The notes under the pieces were generated by a model. The model saw only the letters and a list, made by a program, of their open reading frames with translations. It had not been told where the DNA came from and searched no databases. DNA of 64,000 nucleotides from Antedon mediterranea. Taxonomy: Eukaryota > Animalia > Echinodermata. The translations under genes were made by a program, and so were the position numbers. Position 1 is the stretch's first letter. Each line of letters starts with the position of its first letter. Below are positions 60,901-64,000 of the stretch, one piece after another. The stretch spans positions 3,720,001-3,784,000 of the forward strand of contig NC_092672.1 in the NCBI RefSeq assembly GCF_964355755.1, read 5' to 3'.

Positions 60901-62217
60901 TGGTACCTTTTAAGTACTCTCTCTATTCACCAAAATATTGTAATTAAAAATTAATGTTGTTTAGGACAATGAGTACATTGTTTATAACTGTGTTGATTGA
61001 CCTAGATTAGCAATAATCCTTTAGTCTTTGCCTCTAATAGCCCTAAAGTGGTATACTTGATAATGATTAGAAATTTAGTCACATCTTAAGCCAAATTCAT
61101 TATGGAATAATGAAATAAGCTTAGGCCTATGACATCAAATGTTTTTAACGCTTGTAGAGTGGCTGTAGTGCGTAGAGCCTGTAAACCTTGGGCTATTTTC
61201 TATTTTTAATGCTTTAAATAGTGAATAGTTTGATATAAAAAAAACGTTTTAATACATTTCGTTTTAATACATTAGTTGTGTGTCATTCATAGATTGTTGA
61301 AAGTTATACAAATTATTATGTATAACACACCTAATGTGTACTTAGCATTTGATTGGTTGATTCAAATTTACATATCAGGTGCCATCCATTATTTGAATCC
61401 ATCCTCAATATTGATTAAACAGTTATATTGCAAGTTCAGGGGGTACATTGCATGTTAGTCAACAACTTTTGTTCAAAAGCTGCGGCAAAATTGTGGGCAC
61501 TGTAATTTTTGTGGGCCTGGGGCCTAGCTTTCGCTAATCACATTAGATGTGTTATGAAACACATTACTTCCTATAAACTTACTACACCCACGTCTATTCA
61601 CCATACAAACAGTCAAGAATACTTAATCATTTTTTAAAACTTCTTGGCTGTTGCACTCTGATTGAAATAGTACTTAGGATTGAGTATGTGTCGGTTGAAA
61701 ACGAATCTCAAGTTCATGAATTTCTGTGTTACCTTGCATCTTAAATAACCTGTTGACACCATCACACTTTACACTGATGATTGTTACTTATATCACTATA
61801 GCAACAACTCTTTAAGTTTGGTCATTGACTTTATAACAACCCTCTAAAAGCATTAGGATCCATGTGGAATTGAAAAAATATATAAGTTGGATTATTGTAA
61901 TTGAAAAATAAAAATACAATCGGCTGAAAGAAAAGTGTGTAAGAATTTTAATTTGCGTTCCATTGAGGAGGAACACATTTTTTAAACTAAATACGGTGAT
62001 TAAAATCATGAATAAGTAATTTAAAACACTGTCTATTATCTGCAGTGTATCATAATATAATGATGAGTTGTTCACACTGTGTGCCCTAAAGCCTTTAAAA
62101 CAATAGATGTGCAAATCTGTGTATGTATAGCTTTTCGTTTGGTTTCCATTTCAGTGTTATTTTGTGTGTTGTTATTATTATTATTTGTGTAGGTCTACTG
62201 TTAGTGTTAGTGTTAAG

Positions 62218-62460
62218 CGGAGTTGGGTAGCCGAGTGGTCAGGACACTTGACTGTCATACAGAGAGCCCCGAGTTCACTTCCCGACAACTCCCAGTTCAC
62301 TCAGCTGTAAAAGAGTACTGTACCTGATTGAAAATGCTAGGGAGAAAAAGTCGACGTGGAAAGAAATTGGCCACCCTACCACATAATGCTAAGGCTTAAT
62401 ACAATGAGCTCCTAAAAGCTCCTTTCCCTACTTTCAGAATGAACATGAGACTTGCCTTTT
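62218..62460 (+). mobile_element. tRNA-derived SINE (same family as 44728-44975)
   Basis: TAGCCGAGTGG A box, colinear match over ~240 bp. Confidence 0.8.
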
Positions 62461-63261
62461 TTTTACTGTTAAGCCACCCTAACATCAAATATTAGTATTT
62501 ATATAAACAATAATTTCATTGAAATTGTTGTTGAAAGTTATCCTGAAGTTAAAATAAACAAAAATGGTATCAACACCTATACAGTAATCATACATACTGT
62601 AAGACATTTTGATCATCATTTTTGCGTAGGTATGTATACTGTGATGCATACCAAATTACAGTAGCTCAAATATGTTACGTAAGTCTACAAACTGTTTAGG
62701 GTTCTATTCAATGGTGGTAGGCCTGATCTTAAGTCTTGTACAAGACCTGAAGGATTATTTTTTCTGTGATTTTTTTGTTGGATTTCCCCGTCATCAGATT
62801 CGTATTCTACCTAATGTTTAATAATCATAATCATGTTGTGAATTTGCCTATGCTTTTAGAAATATTTTTTCAGATCTAGATTGCTTTAAGTAATTCCCAA
62901 GCAAGTGCTTGTAACTTCTTGAGATTTCTAAATTTGATTTTATGATAGAAATTATTTATGAGTTTTTTAACAAAATATGTTTATAGCCTATAAAATATTT
63001 TTGTCTTATGGTATATTTTATGAGTTTCATTGAATGAGTTGACTCTTCGATCTATGTTCGTTATTTTCACAATTTTGTAGGTCTTTGAATTGTTATTATT
63101 ATTGAATATTATTGAATAATCTGTATCACAGCATTTAAATGTTTTTCCAGGAATGGAGTTTAAGAGAGGATTTAAAAAAAAAAACATTTAGTTGAAAAAT
63201 ATTATCTCTATTCTACTTTTTGATTTTGAGAATTAATTAATTTCTGTTGTACAGTAGTATA

Positions 63262-63638
63262 GAGTATCACGGTGCTGACGTCACGACGGTAGGTGGCGCT
63301 GCGTGGTTGCTAGCGCAACCAAAAATACGTTCAACCTGCCTGAGTGACTCCAAGGTCACCAATGGTTTGGCATAGGCTTATTGAAGTAGTCATTTTAAAA
63401 CTTAATAATTTTCAATAAAAACAAACTAAAATTTCAAAAGATCACTAAATATTTGTTTTTAATAATCTATTTATTCTTCAACTACAGTTTAAATTTTTGT
63501 TTAATTAAGCTAAGATACATAATTTGATAGAAATACAGATCTTTACAGTTTATCAACATAGTAGCGCTGAACGCATTTTTTGGTTGGCTAGCAACCATGC
63601 AGCGCCCTCTGTTGTTGTGACGTCACACCGTGATACTC
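63262..63638. mobile_element. MITE with GAG...CTC termini and TATA flanks (Sola-like)
   Basis: TATA|GAGTATCACGGTG.TGACGTCAC...GTGACGTCACACCGTGATACTC|TATA; ~75-bp imperfect TIRs. Confidence 0.8.
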
Positions 63639-64000
63639 TATATAGATCTCTTTTTGTCGCTTTTGTTTCAACGTTGAATTATTGTTGAGGAGTTTTTACC
63701 ATTGACACCAATTTCAGGAAAATATTGTGTTTAAATTATGGTTCTGACCTGTTTTAAACTAAGTTCAGTAATGTAAACAAAGAAATAAAAACATATTTTG
63801 TTGAAAATAAGTTTGATGCTGTAAGTTCAAAGAAAGTGAAAGATTTACATGTCACCCCTTTCAAAACAATATGTTCCAAACATCTTATCTTATGAGATCA
63901 AAGAAAATAGCAACAAAACGTGTTCCTATTGTCCAGTTATTACATGAGGTCATTCCTTGGTCATTTAAACCTTTTTGTACTAATGCGTACTATATATAAT

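Overview
AT-rich, intron-rich animal (invertebrate-like, possibly deuterostome) genomic DNA. By walking GT-AG splice sites and checking codon phase by hand I built four spliced genes. (1) A minus-strand ADAD-like dsRBD + adenosine-deaminase-domain gene (321-5592, 3' end off the window) whose Zn ligands and catalytic Glu are all replaced. (2) A 4-exon plus-strand 233-aa membrane protein resembling BRI3BP/TMEM109 (10615-12367). (3) EFCAB5 on the minus strand (15627-26908, ~1509 aa, with a 6x34-aa internal tandem repeat). (4) A Slingshot (SSH) cofilin phosphatase on the plus strand (27796 to at least 49630, probable last exon 53799-53848), head-to-head with EFCAB5 as human SSH2/EFCAB5 are. The rest is a dense mix of non-autonomous transposons (PIF/Harbinger-, MULE-, Kolobok-, Tc1/mariner- and Sola-like MITEs; tRNA-derived SINEs including a Deu/Nin-type; LINE 3' ends) and minisatellites. 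Notable oddities: several 17-51 bp CA...TG palindromes with 7-bp target duplications (possible P-element excision footprints), an inverted-repeat element enclosing a tRNA-derived Pol III promoter, a nested MULE-in-MULE, and a 28-bp array with a 471-bp higher-order duplication. No rRNA, intact tRNA or CRISPR was seen. Family assignments come from motif recognition only; no database search was run.
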